DNA of 64,000 nt, taken from NCBI GenBank assembly GCA_963678315.1, contig OY782781.1, positions 2,432,001 to 2,496,000 on the forward strand, in the 5' to 3' direction. The notes under the pieces are model-generated. The model had not been told where the DNA came from and ran no database searches. It saw only the letters and a program-made list of their open reading frames with translations. This document shows, piece after piece, positions 38,925-48,484 of this stretch (positions are counted from its first letter, which is position 1; each line of letters starts with the position of its first letter). The DNA is from Candidatus Cloacimonadales bacterium. GTDB taxonomy: Bacteria > Cloacimonadota > Cloacimonadia > Cloacimonadales > JAFGVF01. The translations under genes and the position numbers were made by a program.

Positions 38925-39635
38925 CTATTTTTTATTTATTATATTTTTCATTGTTTTTACTGATTCTGCTAATCCACTAAATACAGCCCTTGAAATAATT
39001 GAATGTCCAATATTGTATTCAGTAAATATCTCTAGTTCAAGTAATGGATATATGTTTTTGTAATTAATCCCATGACCTGCTACAACTCTCATTCCAGAAG
39101 ACTTAATCAATTTTGCGCCCTTCATTAATCTTTTCAATTCTTCTTCATGTCTATCTTCTAAGAATAGTTGGCAGTATCTACCAGTATGAAGTTCAACAGC
39201 ATCAGCCCCACATTTAGCAGCTAATTTGATTTGTTCTGGATCAGGTTCTATAAAAAGGCTAACTTCAATACCTGCTTCTTTTAATGCTTGAACTGATTCT
39301 TTAACTTCGCTTGTGATAACTAGTCCACCCTCAGTTGTGATTTCTTGTCTTTTTTCAGGAACTAAAGTCACTGTATCAGGTAATAAGTTCTTAGCGATAG
39401 TAACCATTTCAGGAATTGGTGCCATCTCTAAGTTAAGTTTAGTTTGAATTGTTTTTCTTAAGATTTGAACATCTCTTTCTTGAATATGTCTTCTATCTTC
39501 TCTTAAATGAACTGTTATCTGATCAGCTCCATTTTGCTCTGCTATAAAGGCACCGTAGATTGGGTCAGGTTCTACACCCATTCGTGCTTGCCTAATTGTT
39601 GCAATATGATCAATATTTACTCCTAAAGCAATCAT
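38925..39635 (-). CDS. pdxJ: Pyridoxine 5'-phosphate synthase
   Basis: [41 protein letters not shown]. Confidence 0.96.
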   Translation of the reverse strand: MIALGVNIDHIATIRQARMGVEPDPIYGAFIAEQNGADQITVHLREDRRHIQERDVQILRKTIQTKLNLEMAPIPEMVTIAKNLLPDTVTLVPEKRQEITTEGGLVITSEVKESVQALKEAGIEVSLFIEPDPEQIKLAAKCGADAVELHTGRYCQLFLEDRHEEELKRLMKGAKLIKSSGMRVVAGHGINYKNIYPLLELEIFTEYNIGHSIISRAVFSGLAESVKTMKNIINKK

Positions 39636-40030
39636 AACAGTAACTCCTAATTTTATTAATATTTATTAGATAAATTTGTAGCGATAACTTGGCAAGTAAA
39701 AAAATACTTTTTTTTCTCTGCCTAATCAGTGTAATCAGTATTCTATTCATTTGAACAGTTCTATAAATCTATATCGTCCCTTTAAAACAATATATCAAAT
39801 AAGATAACTATCCACAAATTACACTAATTACTCTAATTAAATCATTTTTGCCACAGATAACACAAATCTAAACCTTAATCAATTAAACATCTAAACTCGT
39901 AAACATCATATCTGTATAATCTGCCTTTTCTGTGCTCTATTTTATTTGAAAGACCAGCTATCCTGCAGTAGCCGGACTAAAAGCAAAGCGTTCCCAGTTA
40001 TTATTCATTATCATTTTCTATTTAAGAATT

Positions 40031-40117
40031 ATGTCGTCCCTTCAGGACTCAATTCATTTATGACATTAAACATGGGGTACAAGACCCCATGCTAATACAT
40101 GACGTCCCTTGGGGACT
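40031..40117. repeat. REP-like composite: two GTCCCTT.(A/G)GGACT palindromes flanking a CATGGGGT-ACAAG-ACCCCATG hairpin
   Basis: Direct repeats at 40031-40049 and 40099-40117; central hairpin at 40071-40091. Confidence 0.65.
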
Positions 40118-40159
40118 AAATACTGTCCTAACTCCTCACTTCTAACTCCACACATACGC

Positions 40160-40202
40160 CCCTCTTTGAAAAAATGGACTTTTTTCAAGGAGACAAGTAA
40201 GG
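40160..40202. repeat. REP/MITE-like palindrome, copy 2 (degenerate)
   Basis: CCTCTTTGAAAAAA-TGGAC-TTTTTTCAAGGAGACAAGTAAGG. Confidence 0.7.
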
Positions 40203-40260
40203 ATGGAGTGACCTTTTAAAAGTCTTTAAATAAAGCTTATTATTATCAGGATTAAAAAAT

Positions 40261-40289
40261 AAAAGGGAAAATCTAAGAATTTCCCTTTT
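40261..40289. terminator. Rho-independent terminator of the antiporter operon
   Basis: AAAAGGGAAA...TTTCCCTTTT stem with an A-run that reads as the U-tract on the - strand. Confidence 0.65.
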
Positions 40290-40331
40290 ATATAAATACT
40301 TGTATTATTTTCATAAATTATGATAATAAGA

Positions 40332-41537
40332 TTAGACCTTCTTAATCTCTCCAGCTCGAGATAAACCATACTTAGCTAAGGTAGGGCCAACCAACATAAT
40401 AATGAATGTTGTAGCTACCATTACACTTACTAACTGATTAGCATCTTCTACACAATGGGGGTAATTTGCATTAACAAGATAGTGAGATGTTGCTAAAGTC
40501 AATCCTATAGCAACACCAGCCTGTGAAAGAAGTGTAAAACCTAAGAATTTAGTGGTAGCCTTAGGAGCTTTTGAAATTTTGCAACCCATAAAAGCTCCAC
40601 CCCATTTCCCAAATGATCTGAAAATGATGTATATTAAAATTAATATCCAGTTATTATAAATCATGTGAAAATCCAGTTTAGTACCAATAAGAACAAAGAA
40701 AAGAACGTAAACAGGAGGAGACCAAGAACTAAGAACACTATTCAATTTTCTGGAAATTAAAGAGCTTCTATTTACGATAATGATACCAACACACATGTTT
40801 AGAAGAATTGGAGAAATCTCTAGCATTTCAGCGATTCCACAGTGAACAAATAGCATTCCCAATGAGAAAAGAAGCATAATTATTGTATCGTGAACTTTTC
40901 TAGCTATCCAGGACATAAAGAAACCTGAAGCAGTACCAATAACTAAAGCAAGTAATATTTCTAGACCAGCTTTCAATAAGGCAGCACCAACCGTAATTTC
41001 ATGTGACCCTAGCAATATAATGGCAACTGGGATAGCAATAGAATATAATAATAAAGCGTAAATATCATCCAAGCCCATTACTGCATATAAAGTTTTGGTT
41101 AAATTACCTTTAGCTCTATATTGATTGATTACATCAGTAGTTCCAGCAGGGGCTGTAGCAGATGCTAAGGCACCATAAATAATTCCTAAAGAAATATTTC
41201 TTGTAACTAGCCAAGTAATTAAACCAACAACGATAAAGGTTAGTGTGGCTTCAAAAAAGACTATTGCAAAAATACCTGAACCAAGTTTCTTCAAATCTTT
41301 TATAGATAATTCTGCACCTACACCAAAGCCGATTAAGGATAATGTAATTGTATTAATGATGTTAAATGATGAATAATCAATATTCACATGGGCAAGATAT
41401 ATTGTTTGTCCAATGATGGCACCGGCTACAATATAGCCTAGAACCATTGGAGCTTTTATAAATGAAACAACTCTAGCTAGTAATATTGAGATTAGAATTG
41501 AGATTCCAACAAAACAAAGAACTAAATAATTATTCAT
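40332..41537 (-). CDS. Cation:proton antiporter (CPA2/KefB-like)
   Basis: Multi-TM protein; LIGFGVGAEL, ATAPAGT, GLDD, SQAGVAIGL. Confidence 0.9.
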   Translation of the reverse strand: MNNYLVLCFVGISILISILLARVVSFIKAPMVLGYIVAGAIIGQTIYLAHVNIDYSSFNIINTITLSLIGFGVGAELSIKDLKKLGSGIFAIVFFEATLTFIVVGLITWLVTRNISLGIIYGALASATAPAGTTDVINQYRAKGNLTKTLYAVMGLDDIYALLLYSIAIPVAIILLGSHEITVGAALLKAGLEILLALVIGTASGFFMSWIARKVHDTIIMLLFSLGMLFVHCGIAEMLEISPILLNMCVGIIIVNRSSLISRKLNSVLSSWSPPVYVLFFVLIGTKLDFHMIYNNWILILIYIIFRSFGKWGGAFMGCKISKAPKATTKFLGFTLLSQAGVAIGLTLATSHYLVNANYPHCVEDANQLVSVMVATTFIIMLVGPTLAKYGLSRAGEIKKV

Positions 41538-41541
41538 ATCG

Positions 41542-41859
41542 CTATCCGTATATCTTTTGAGTTGGTATCAATATAATTTTACCTAGCTCATCTCCAACAA
41601 TATCAATGCCAGCATGTTTCAACTCATCAAGAATAAACTCGATTTGTTCCTCATCAGCAAAACCCATTATTATCTTTCCATAATCTCTTTGTGCTCCATA
41701 GGTGTCTCTAAATGAAGCGAATAATGGATTATCAAAGATTAGTTTGTGCCCTGTTGCTTCACCAGAAAGAACAATTGTATCTTCAACTCCCGCTTCAGCA
41801 ATTGCCATAAGAACATCTGATATATACTTTTCGAAAAATAATTGAAAAATCATGTACAT
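41542..41859 (-). CDS. PII-like (GlnB-fold) small regulator
   Basis: 105 aa; beta-alpha-beta start (DVLMAIAEAGV), long T-loop-like segment, C-terminal GKIILIP as in the PII GKIFV.P motif. Confidence 0.6.
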   Translation of the reverse strand: MYMIFQLFFEKYISDVLMAIAEAGVEDTIVLSGEATGHKLIFDNPLFASFRDTYGAQRDYGKIIMGFADEEQIEFILDELKHAGIDIVGDELGKIILIPTQKIYG

Positions 41860-41912
41860 AACAAACTCCTTTATTTATAAATTTTTTATCTATCTTTTCT
41901 TTAAAAACCAAA

Positions 41913-43148
41913 CTACTGTCTCTTAGCTTCACCTGATTTAAAAAGCCCATATTTTACAAAGTTAGGTGCTATAATCATTATTAGAAAGGTTGTAATTGTC
42001 ATAATTGAAGTCACTAATTTAGCTTCTTTGACATAACCTGCAGATATTAAATATTTACCAGAAGCAATTGAAAGTCCAATAGCGACACCTGCTTGTGATA
42101 ATAGCGTAAATCCAAGATAATTACGGATTTTCTTTGGAGCTCTAGCAACTGTAGCTCCAATGTAAGCACCATTATATTTGCCAATCATAGTTGCCACGAT
42201 ATAAACGATTATTAAAAGCCAATATTCGGCAATGATGTTTAGATCTAGCCTAGTCCCAATTAATACAAAAAACCAAACATAAATTGGAGGTGACCAATCT
42301 GTTAAAGCTTGGTTTAGCTTTCTAGCAATCAACTTGCTTCTATTAACTAGTACAATTCCAGCAAACATATTAATTAGAATTGGTGATAAATCGAATTGTT
42401 CAGCCACTGCACACATCAACAAAATGCTTCCTAAACTAAGATAGATTATCATGAACTTTTCGTGTACTTTTCTTCCAAAGACTGATAGAAGATAACCTAC
42501 AAATGAGCCAATAGTAATCGAAAGAACAATTTCGATAAGAGAATGCAACAATGCTTGTCCAATAGACAATTCATTTGAGCCCAGTAACATAATTGCCACT
42601 GGTAAAGCAAAGGTAAATATTAAAAGTGCAAAGATATCATCTAAGCCCAACACAGCATATAGCGTTTTAACTAAATCGCCTTTCGCTTTATATTGATTGA
42701 TAACATCAACGGTTCCAGCAGGTGCTGTCGCTGACGCAAATGAACCAAAAAGTATACCCAGAGGAATAGCTACGCCCCAACCTAATGAGTAATGCAGAAG
42801 AAAAGAAATGACACAGCCAACAATTATAAATGTTAAAGAAGCTTCAAAAATTGTTATCCAGAGAACGGTTTTACCAACCCTCTTAAGAGTATTATACTCT
42901 AGCTCTGTGCCAATGCCAAATCCTATTAAGGAAAGTGTTATAATGTTAATTATCTCATAATCCTCAACCTTAAAAGCCCACGGATTATCAATTGGGATTG
43001 ATATATCCAAGACTAATCCAACTACTGCGCCTGTTAAAATGTAGCCCAACAACAAAGGAGCTTTGAGTAATGAAACTCCTCTACTTGTTAAGATTGAAAG
43101 TAATAACGCTGTAGAAAGAAAAAAGAAAATTAATGCTATTTCAGACAT
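41913..43148 (-). CDS. Cation:proton antiporter (CPA2), paralogue of 40332..41537
   Basis: Same ATAPAGT, GLDD and SQAGVAIGL motifs. Confidence 0.9.
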   Translation of the reverse strand: MSEIALIFFFLSTALLLSILTSRGVSLLKAPLLLGYILTGAVVGLVLDISIPIDNPWAFKVEDYEIINIITLSLIGFGIGTELEYNTLKRVGKTVLWITIFEASLTFIIVGCVISFLLHYSLGWGVAIPLGILFGSFASATAPAGTVDVINQYKAKGDLVKTLYAVLGLDDIFALLIFTFALPVAIMLLGSNELSIGQALLHSLIEIVLSITIGSFVGYLLSVFGRKVHEKFMIIYLSLGSILLMCAVAEQFDLSPILINMFAGIVLVNRSKLIARKLNQALTDWSPPIYVWFFVLIGTRLDLNIIAEYWLLIIVYIVATMIGKYNGAYIGATVARAPKKIRNYLGFTLLSQAGVAIGLSIASGKYLISAGYVKEAKLVTSIMTITTFLIMIIAPNFVKYGLFKSGEAKRQ

Positions 43149-43149
43149 T

Positions 43150-43608
43150 TTACTTAGTAGAAGTTATAATTTTGAATAACTCAGAACTGTCTTTGGCTTT
43201 CTTGAGGGATTTAAGTACAGCTTTGTCTTTCAGACGTAGTACTAATCTTGAGAGTAGTCTTATATAATCTTTATCTTGTTGGTCAGATGCACCAATCATG
43301 AAGATTAATTCTACTGGTTGGTCATCAATTGATTCATATTCGATAGGTTTGGATAATCGTCCGATAGCAATAACAAAATCTTGACATTGTTTTATCTTGG
43401 CATGTGGAACTGCTATTCCATAGCCGATACCAGTACTCATTAATGTTTCTCTTTTAAGAATTGCTTTCTTAAAAGCTTTAATATCCTCAATGTTATCAGA
43501 AGAAGAAATAAGCTCTATCATTTCGTTGATAGCATCTTCTTTATTAGTAGCTTCTAAATCTTTAATACGAGACTCATCAATAAAATCACTAACTTTAATT
43601 ATTCTCAT
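43150..43608 (-). CDS. PTS EIIA (fructose/Ntr family) protein
   Basis: RE..MSTGIGYGIAVPHA with the phospho-accepting His; stand-alone domain. Confidence 0.9.
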   Translation of the reverse strand: MRIIKVSDFIDESRIKDLEATNKEDAINEMIELISSSDNIEDIKAFKKAILKRETLMSTGIGYGIAVPHAKIKQCQDFVIAIGRLSKPIEYESIDDQPVELIFMIGASDQQDKDYIRLLSRLVLRLKDKAVLKSLKKAKDSSELFKIITSTK

Positions 43609-43779
43609 ATAAAACCATCCTTTCCTTTAGATGGTGCTACAAAAAAACCATCTATAGAGTTGTCAATATTTATTGAAGATTAATTTGTTTTATTATAATA
43701 ACATGTTTTTAACCTAATCTTAACATAAAAAATCATATTCCTCACATGTTAGTATGATTAAGCACCTTAATAACATAAT

Positions 43780-44151
43780 CTAGTTGCTTGTTGTATACAT
43801 GAATTCTACTATAGTATTCTTTATACCTCTCAACATACTGTTTACATTAAAATCAAAATGCATTAAAAGAATAGTAAAAATTACTAGTCCAAAAAATAAG
43901 ATAATCCATAAGAAATTTGCATATAACGACTGCATAGTTAGCCAAAAGGAAAACTTAGGCATAGCGACACTAGCATTGGGGTCTCTATCCATTTTATCAA
44001 ATAGAACTTGAGTCTCTGTTCCCCATTTAATCTCTTTATCCTTATCATCTTTATCAATATATGCGATATATCCCAACTTCTTATACTTCTGTACTAACCG
44101 AGCAGGAATTGATTTCAACTCCTCTTCTGTTAAGATTTTCTTCTCTCCCAT
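43780..44151 (-). CDS. Hypothetical membrane protein
   Basis: AGGAGA RBS; one TM segment; directly downstream of the repressor gene. Confidence 0.6.
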   Translation of the reverse strand: MGEKKILTEEELKSIPARLVQKYKKLGYIAYIDKDDKDKEIKWGTETQVLFDKMDRDPNASVAMPKFSFWLTMQSLYANFLWIILFFGLVIFTILLMHFDFNVNSMLRGIKNTIVEFMYTTSN

Positions 44152-44159
44152 TTAATCTC

Positions 44160-44870
44160 CTAATCAAATTTTCGGTACAAGAAAGTCATCACTCCAATCA
44201 GATAAAAATCATCATGATCTTCAGGTTTGACTTCTATAACACTAAATTCCTCATTCATAGGTATCAATAAAAGTGAATGTTTGCTTTTGTCAAGTTTCAA
44301 TTTCTTCAAAGTTATCTCGCCATCTAATCTAACAGCGCAAATACGGTCATAACCCCTTTCCCAGTTATTAGTTTTCTCAATTAATATAACATCACCATTA
44401 GAAATAAATGGTTCCATTGATGAGCCATTAACTTTTAGGCATAGATAATTATCAACATTTCCCTTAATCTGGTCTCTACTAAGTTTAACTGTCCCGTGGT
44501 CAGCTTCACTTGATTCAAGGGGTAGTCCAGCTGATATTTCTCCAGATATAGGAATTGAAATCATTGAATCATCAAAGAATCTCTTCTTTGCATCAAGAAC
44601 ATTCTGTATATGGTCTGAGAATACCTTTTCTAGATTATCAATTTCTTCGAACTTAGAACCGTCTACTAACATCTTTCCTTTACCGGTAATTAGCCAGTGT
44701 AGATTTAAGCCATAAGCTTCACATAACTTTGTCATTGTTTCAATAGAAGGCTTTATTTTATTAGATTCCATTTGAGAGAGTGCAGAAGCTTTAAGATTCA
44801 GTCTTTTAGCCAATTCAATCTGCTTTATGTTCTTGAGTCTTCGGATTTCTTTAATTCTTTCTCCAATCAT
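44160..44870 (-). CDS. XRE-HTH + S24 peptidase repressor (CI/LexA-like)
   Basis: IGERIKEIR...QIELA HTH; LHWLITGKG; GEISAG; KVNGSSM; TLKKL. Confidence 0.9.
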   Translation of the reverse strand: MIGERIKEIRRLKNIKQIELAKRLNLKASALSQMESNKIKPSIETMTKLCEAYGLNLHWLITGKGKMLVDGSKFEEIDNLEKVFSDHIQNVLDAKKRFFDDSMISIPISGEISAGLPLESSEADHGTVKLSRDQIKGNVDNYLCLKVNGSSMEPFISNGDVILIEKTNNWERGYDRICAVRLDGEITLKKLKLDKSKHSLLLIPMNEEFSVIEVKPEDHDDFYLIGVMTFLYRKFD

Positions 44871-44991
44871 ATTAATGTCTCCTTAAGTTTTGATGTAAAC
44901 TTAAGCATAAGTTAATATGCTGTCAAGATTATTATTGATAATTAATTTTATAAGTGGGAATTCAGTAATAGTTACAATAAATTGAGCTTTT

Positions 44992-45894
44992 TTATATTTT
45001 ACTTCTTTTTACTAAGTAGCTTAAGAGATTATCTTCAATTGGAACAGTAGTCGTCATAGGAATATATTCTATCTTAGCATTCAGACAATCCTGTTTTATT
45101 TGAGAATAGTAGTTTTGATAGTTGTTTTGAACAGTTTCTCTAATCTGCCATGGTTCCACTGTAATCTTGTCACCTGTTTCAGAATCAATAAAAAGTGTTT
45201 CGTTCTTGTAATTAAAAGCCTTCTCTTGCTCATCAACAATATGAAATACTAGCACTTCATGCTTCTGAAATCTAAAGTGTTTGAGACTACTCACTAGTTC
45301 TCTAGCATTATTCATAACATCATTAGAATTCCCAAGTAAATCAGATATTACAATAATCAAGCTACGTTTCTTTATCTTTTCAGCAATCTTATGGAGAACT
45401 TTCAGACCATCAGTCTTGCCATCTGCTTCTAGTTCATAAATCTTCTTATAAATAGCTGAAATATAGCCTCTATGAGCTCTTGGAGATTGCATGTATGATA
45501 TATCTTCATTAAAAGAAACTAGGCCTACAGCATCGCTTTGTTTTGAGATTAAGTAGGTTAAGGAGCCAGCAAGCAACTTAGCGTAACTTAATTTAGATAT
45601 TTTACCAGATGAGAACTTCATTGAATTGCTATGATCAATTATTATGTAAGCTCTGAGATTAGTCTCATCTTCAAACTGCCTTACATAATATCTATCAGTT
45701 TTTGCATATATCTTCCAGTCAATATCTTTGATTTGGTCGCCAGGAATATACTGCCTGTAGTCAGCAAATTCTACACTATAGCCATGATATGGAGACTTAT
45801 GTAGCCCTACCATGAATCCTTCCACAATTTCCTTTGCAGTCAATTGAAAAGCATTTAGTGTGTTTATTATACGTTCATTTAGAAGCTTATTCAT
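44992..45894 (-). CDS. DUF58 family vWA-like protein (MoxR-associated)
   Basis: GLHKSPYHGYSVEFADYRQY.PGD...IDWK; D.S.SM; ISDL. Confidence 0.9.
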   Translation of the reverse strand: MNKLLNERIINTLNAFQLTAKEIVEGFMVGLHKSPYHGYSVEFADYRQYIPGDQIKDIDWKIYAKTDRYYVRQFEDETNLRAYIIIDHSNSMKFSSGKISKLSYAKLLAGSLTYLISKQSDAVGLVSFNEDISYMQSPRAHRGYISAIYKKIYELEADGKTDGLKVLHKIAEKIKKRSLIIVISDLLGNSNDVMNNARELVSSLKHFRFQKHEVLVFHIVDEQEKAFNYKNETLFIDSETGDKITVEPWQIRETVQNNYQNYYSQIKQDCLNAKIEYIPMTTTVPIEDNLLSYLVKRSKI

Positions 45895-46099
45895 TATCCT
45901 TTTTCTTGTAGAAGAATCCCAAAGGTATAACCACTACATAGCTAATTGTTAAAAGTATTGGAGAGATAGTACTATCACCAAATTCAATTGAAGGGTTATT
46001 CATAATAGAGTATCCTGCAATAAGAAGAATAATTCCAATTGCAAGAAGAATGTAATTTACTGTTGTAAAACCTAAACGGTCTTTGAAGTTCTTTTTCAT
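45887..46099 (-). CDS. Small two-TM membrane protein (DUF3098-like)
   Basis: F...NYILLAIGI...GY..M...ISPILL..SY pattern. Confidence 0.65.
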   Translation of the reverse strand: MKKNFKDRLGFTTVNYILLAIGIILLIAGYSIMNNPSIEFGDSTISPILLTISYVVVIPLGFFYKKKDNE

Positions 46100-46107
46100 T
46101 ATATCTC

Positions 46108-46875
46108 CTAAAAGTTTGTTGAATATATTATTTCGAATGATCTATCGTAACTTGAATTATCTCCATTGTTTAATTCTGGAGAGTTATTCATCATATCATG
46201 CAAAGTAAATTTGAATTGAAGTTCAGGTATAATATACCAGCCAGCAGAAAAGTTTAAATAGCCTCTTCCTTCTCCAAGTCTATCTAGTTCATTTGTTGGT
46301 TCATCTGAGTTATCATTGAAAGCACAATCGTATTCAAGTGAGAATTTAAGGTCTTCTCCTATACTTTGTGACAGACCAATAAAGGCATTAATATCTTTAT
46401 CTCCATCATCATCTTCCATTGATTTATTAGCTCCTGCTTGAATTTCAAATCCTCTCAAGAATATATCTTTCTTGCCTATTACAGCGTAAAATCCTTTAGA
46501 TTTGATAGCATAACGGGATAAGTCATCATTCCAAATACCGTGACCTTCTGAGTCAAATCCAATACTTAAGCCAGGTATATTGACAGTCTCTTTTAATATT
46601 TGAAATTTAGCTTTAAAATCTACATGGTCATTCCAATCGAAGTCTTCGCTTCCAACAAATTCAGATGCTCCATAACTAAAGCCAAGCATTAATCTTTCGA
46701 ATAGCCCAATATTAGCCCCAATTCTAAAACTATTTTGCCCATAAAACTTAGTTGTAAAGTTGTATTCGCCCTTTTCTGGAACATTAGCAGTAGGAGCTGA
46801 TATAGTTAACAAGTCAAGTGCTGCTAAGTTCATTAGTGTTACGAATACGAATACTGTAATAATTAACTTCTTCAT
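46108..46875 (-). CDS. Putative outer-membrane beta-barrel protein (YjbH-like)
   Basis: Signal peptide; PTA motif; alternating beta-strands; terminal Phe. Confidence 0.6.
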   Translation of the reverse strand: MKKLIITVFVFVTLMNLAALDLLTISAPTANVPEKGEYNFTTKFYGQNSFRIGANIGLFERLMLGFSYGASEFVGSEDFDWNDHVDFKAKFQILKETVNIPGLSIGFDSEGHGIWNDDLSRYAIKSKGFYAVIGKKDIFLRGFEIQAGANKSMEDDDGDKDINAFIGLSQSIGEDLKFSLEYDCAFNDNSDEPTNELDRLGEGRGYLNFSAGWYIIPELQFKFTLHDMMNNSPELNNGDNSSYDRSFEIIYSTNF

Positions 46876-47948
46876 TTCATCTCCTTCAAATGATAGGATT
46901 TAGCTATCGCTTCAAGTTCTAGCATAAAAGGTATCTTAGTTCCTGCAGGATAATAAACTGCTGTATCAATAAAGAAAGCTCTTTCTGATTTGTCATCATA
47001 GAAGACATAGCTTCTAAATGTACCACCATTATTTGTTTCTTCATTCTTCCATGCTCCATAAACCTCATAGCCATCATGTACATCTGTTTCCCATGAAGAG
47101 ATAGATTTTGGTCTAATCTCAGATCTATACCAATCAACAACATCATTATCTAATATTTCTTTACCTATTTTATCTCTAGTTCTAATAACCCATTTTCTAG
47201 TAAACTCATCTTTGGAGATATCTTCATAGTGAATAGTAATGAATTTATCAGGAACGATAGAATCCTTCTTTGAATATCTGTAAATAAAACTTATCATGTT
47301 GTTTATTTCATCTTCTTTATAAAGCTGATAGGAATCGGGTATTCTAAGAGTTATTGGATAGTTATCGAAGTACTTTTGCTTTAAAATCCCACGGTAATAT
47401 GCGCGCTTTGCCATTCTATGTAAGAATCTCTTGTGATACTCAAGATATAGGAATTGTGCTTTAGTTAAAATTACATTCTCAATGTTATCTGCAGATTTAC
47501 CAATAATAAAGGTTATCATTTGATCATCAGACCAAACATTTTGATAAGTAAGCATTAATGCAGCTTTATCCTTTGCGAAAGAGATTTTTTCAGCAGGGAT
47601 CTTTTGTTCTGTGAGAGAAACTAATTCATCCATTTGACTTAAATCACATAGAAATATAATATTCTTTGCTCTTTTAAGTTCTTCAAACTCATCAAAATCT
47701 TTCCATAAAAGAAAGAAATCTTTTTCATTTTGAGCTCCTTCAACTTCATGTCCAAACTCTTTCTTAAGTGTTTCCATAATATCTGATTTAAGAGCAATAT
47801 TTGAATATACATAGATATCTTGATGATTGCCATAAGATGATGGTTTACTAGAATCCATAAAGTCTTTAACTGGCATATATTTTTCTTCTTTCTTAGCACA
47901 GGCTACTAATATCAAAATAGTAATAAGTATTAAAAGTATTTTCTTCAT
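46872..47948 (-). CDS. Lipoprotein, DUF4837-like
   Basis: Lipobox LVAC; NVWSDDQ; GAW...GGTF; YYPAGTK...ELEAIA. Confidence 0.65.
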   Translation of the reverse strand: MKKILLILITILILVACAKKEEKYMPVKDFMDSSKPSSYGNHQDIYVYSNIALKSDIMETLKKEFGHEVEGAQNEKDFFLLWKDFDEFEELKRAKNIIFLCDLSQMDELVSLTEQKIPAEKISFAKDKAALMLTYQNVWSDDQMITFIIGKSADNIENVILTKAQFLYLEYHKRFLHRMAKRAYYRGILKQKYFDNYPITLRIPDSYQLYKEDEINNMISFIYRYSKKDSIVPDKFITIHYEDISKDEFTRKWVIRTRDKIGKEILDNDVVDWYRSEIRPKSISSWETDVHDGYEVYGAWKNEETNNGGTFRSYVFYDDKSERAFFIDTAVYYPAGTKIPFMLELEAIAKSYHLKEMK

Positions 47949-48484
47949 TAGAACAACTCCTTAATTCTAGTAAAATATGTTAAACCGGATATAACAGTAA
48001 CAAAAGCTACTATCCAAAAGTAGATATTAATCCATAGTTTATATGCCAATAAATTATAGTCAAGCGCTATAAGCAAGAAAATTACAGTTAAGCCAACCAT
48101 CTGCAGAACTGTCTTGATTTTACCCCAGTTATTTGCTGCAAGAATTATCTTCTTTTTCTTATATAAATCTCTAAGTATAGTTATAAGAACTTCTCTTAAA
48201 GTAATAATTACAAATATCCCTAGTGATAATATAGCTTTTTCACCGAATGAAATTAAGCCTATTGCAGAAAGAACTAACAATTTATCTGCTAAAGGGTCCA
48301 TTATTTTACCAAAGTTAGATATTACGTTGAACTTACGAGCTAAATACCCATCAGCAAAGTCAGTTAATGAGGCAACAATGAATATTATGAAGGCTCCAAG
48401 ATATGATCCGGCTACGAAGCTTTGTATAAAGAAAGGTACTAGGATAATTCTAAATAGGGTTAAGATATTTGGTATATGTTTCAT
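47948..48484 (-). CDS. pgsA: CDP-diacylglycerol--glycerol-3-phosphate phosphatidyltransferase
   Basis: PNILTLFR; TDFADGYLARK...FGKIMDPLADK; GKIKTVLQ. Confidence 0.93.
   Translation of the reverse strand: MKHIPNILTLFRIILVPFFIQSFVAGSYLGAFIIFIVASLTDFADGYLARKFNVISNFGKIMDPLADKLLVLSAIGLISFGEKAILSLGIFVIITLREVLITILRDLYKKKKIILAANNWGKIKTVLQMVGLTVIFLLIALDYNLLAYKLWINIYFWIVAFVTVISGLTYFTRIKELF

Noticed and set aside
43150..43608. Sugar-uptake PTS system
   Set aside because: No EIIB/EIIC or sugar catabolic genes adjacent; context points to a regulatory EIIA.
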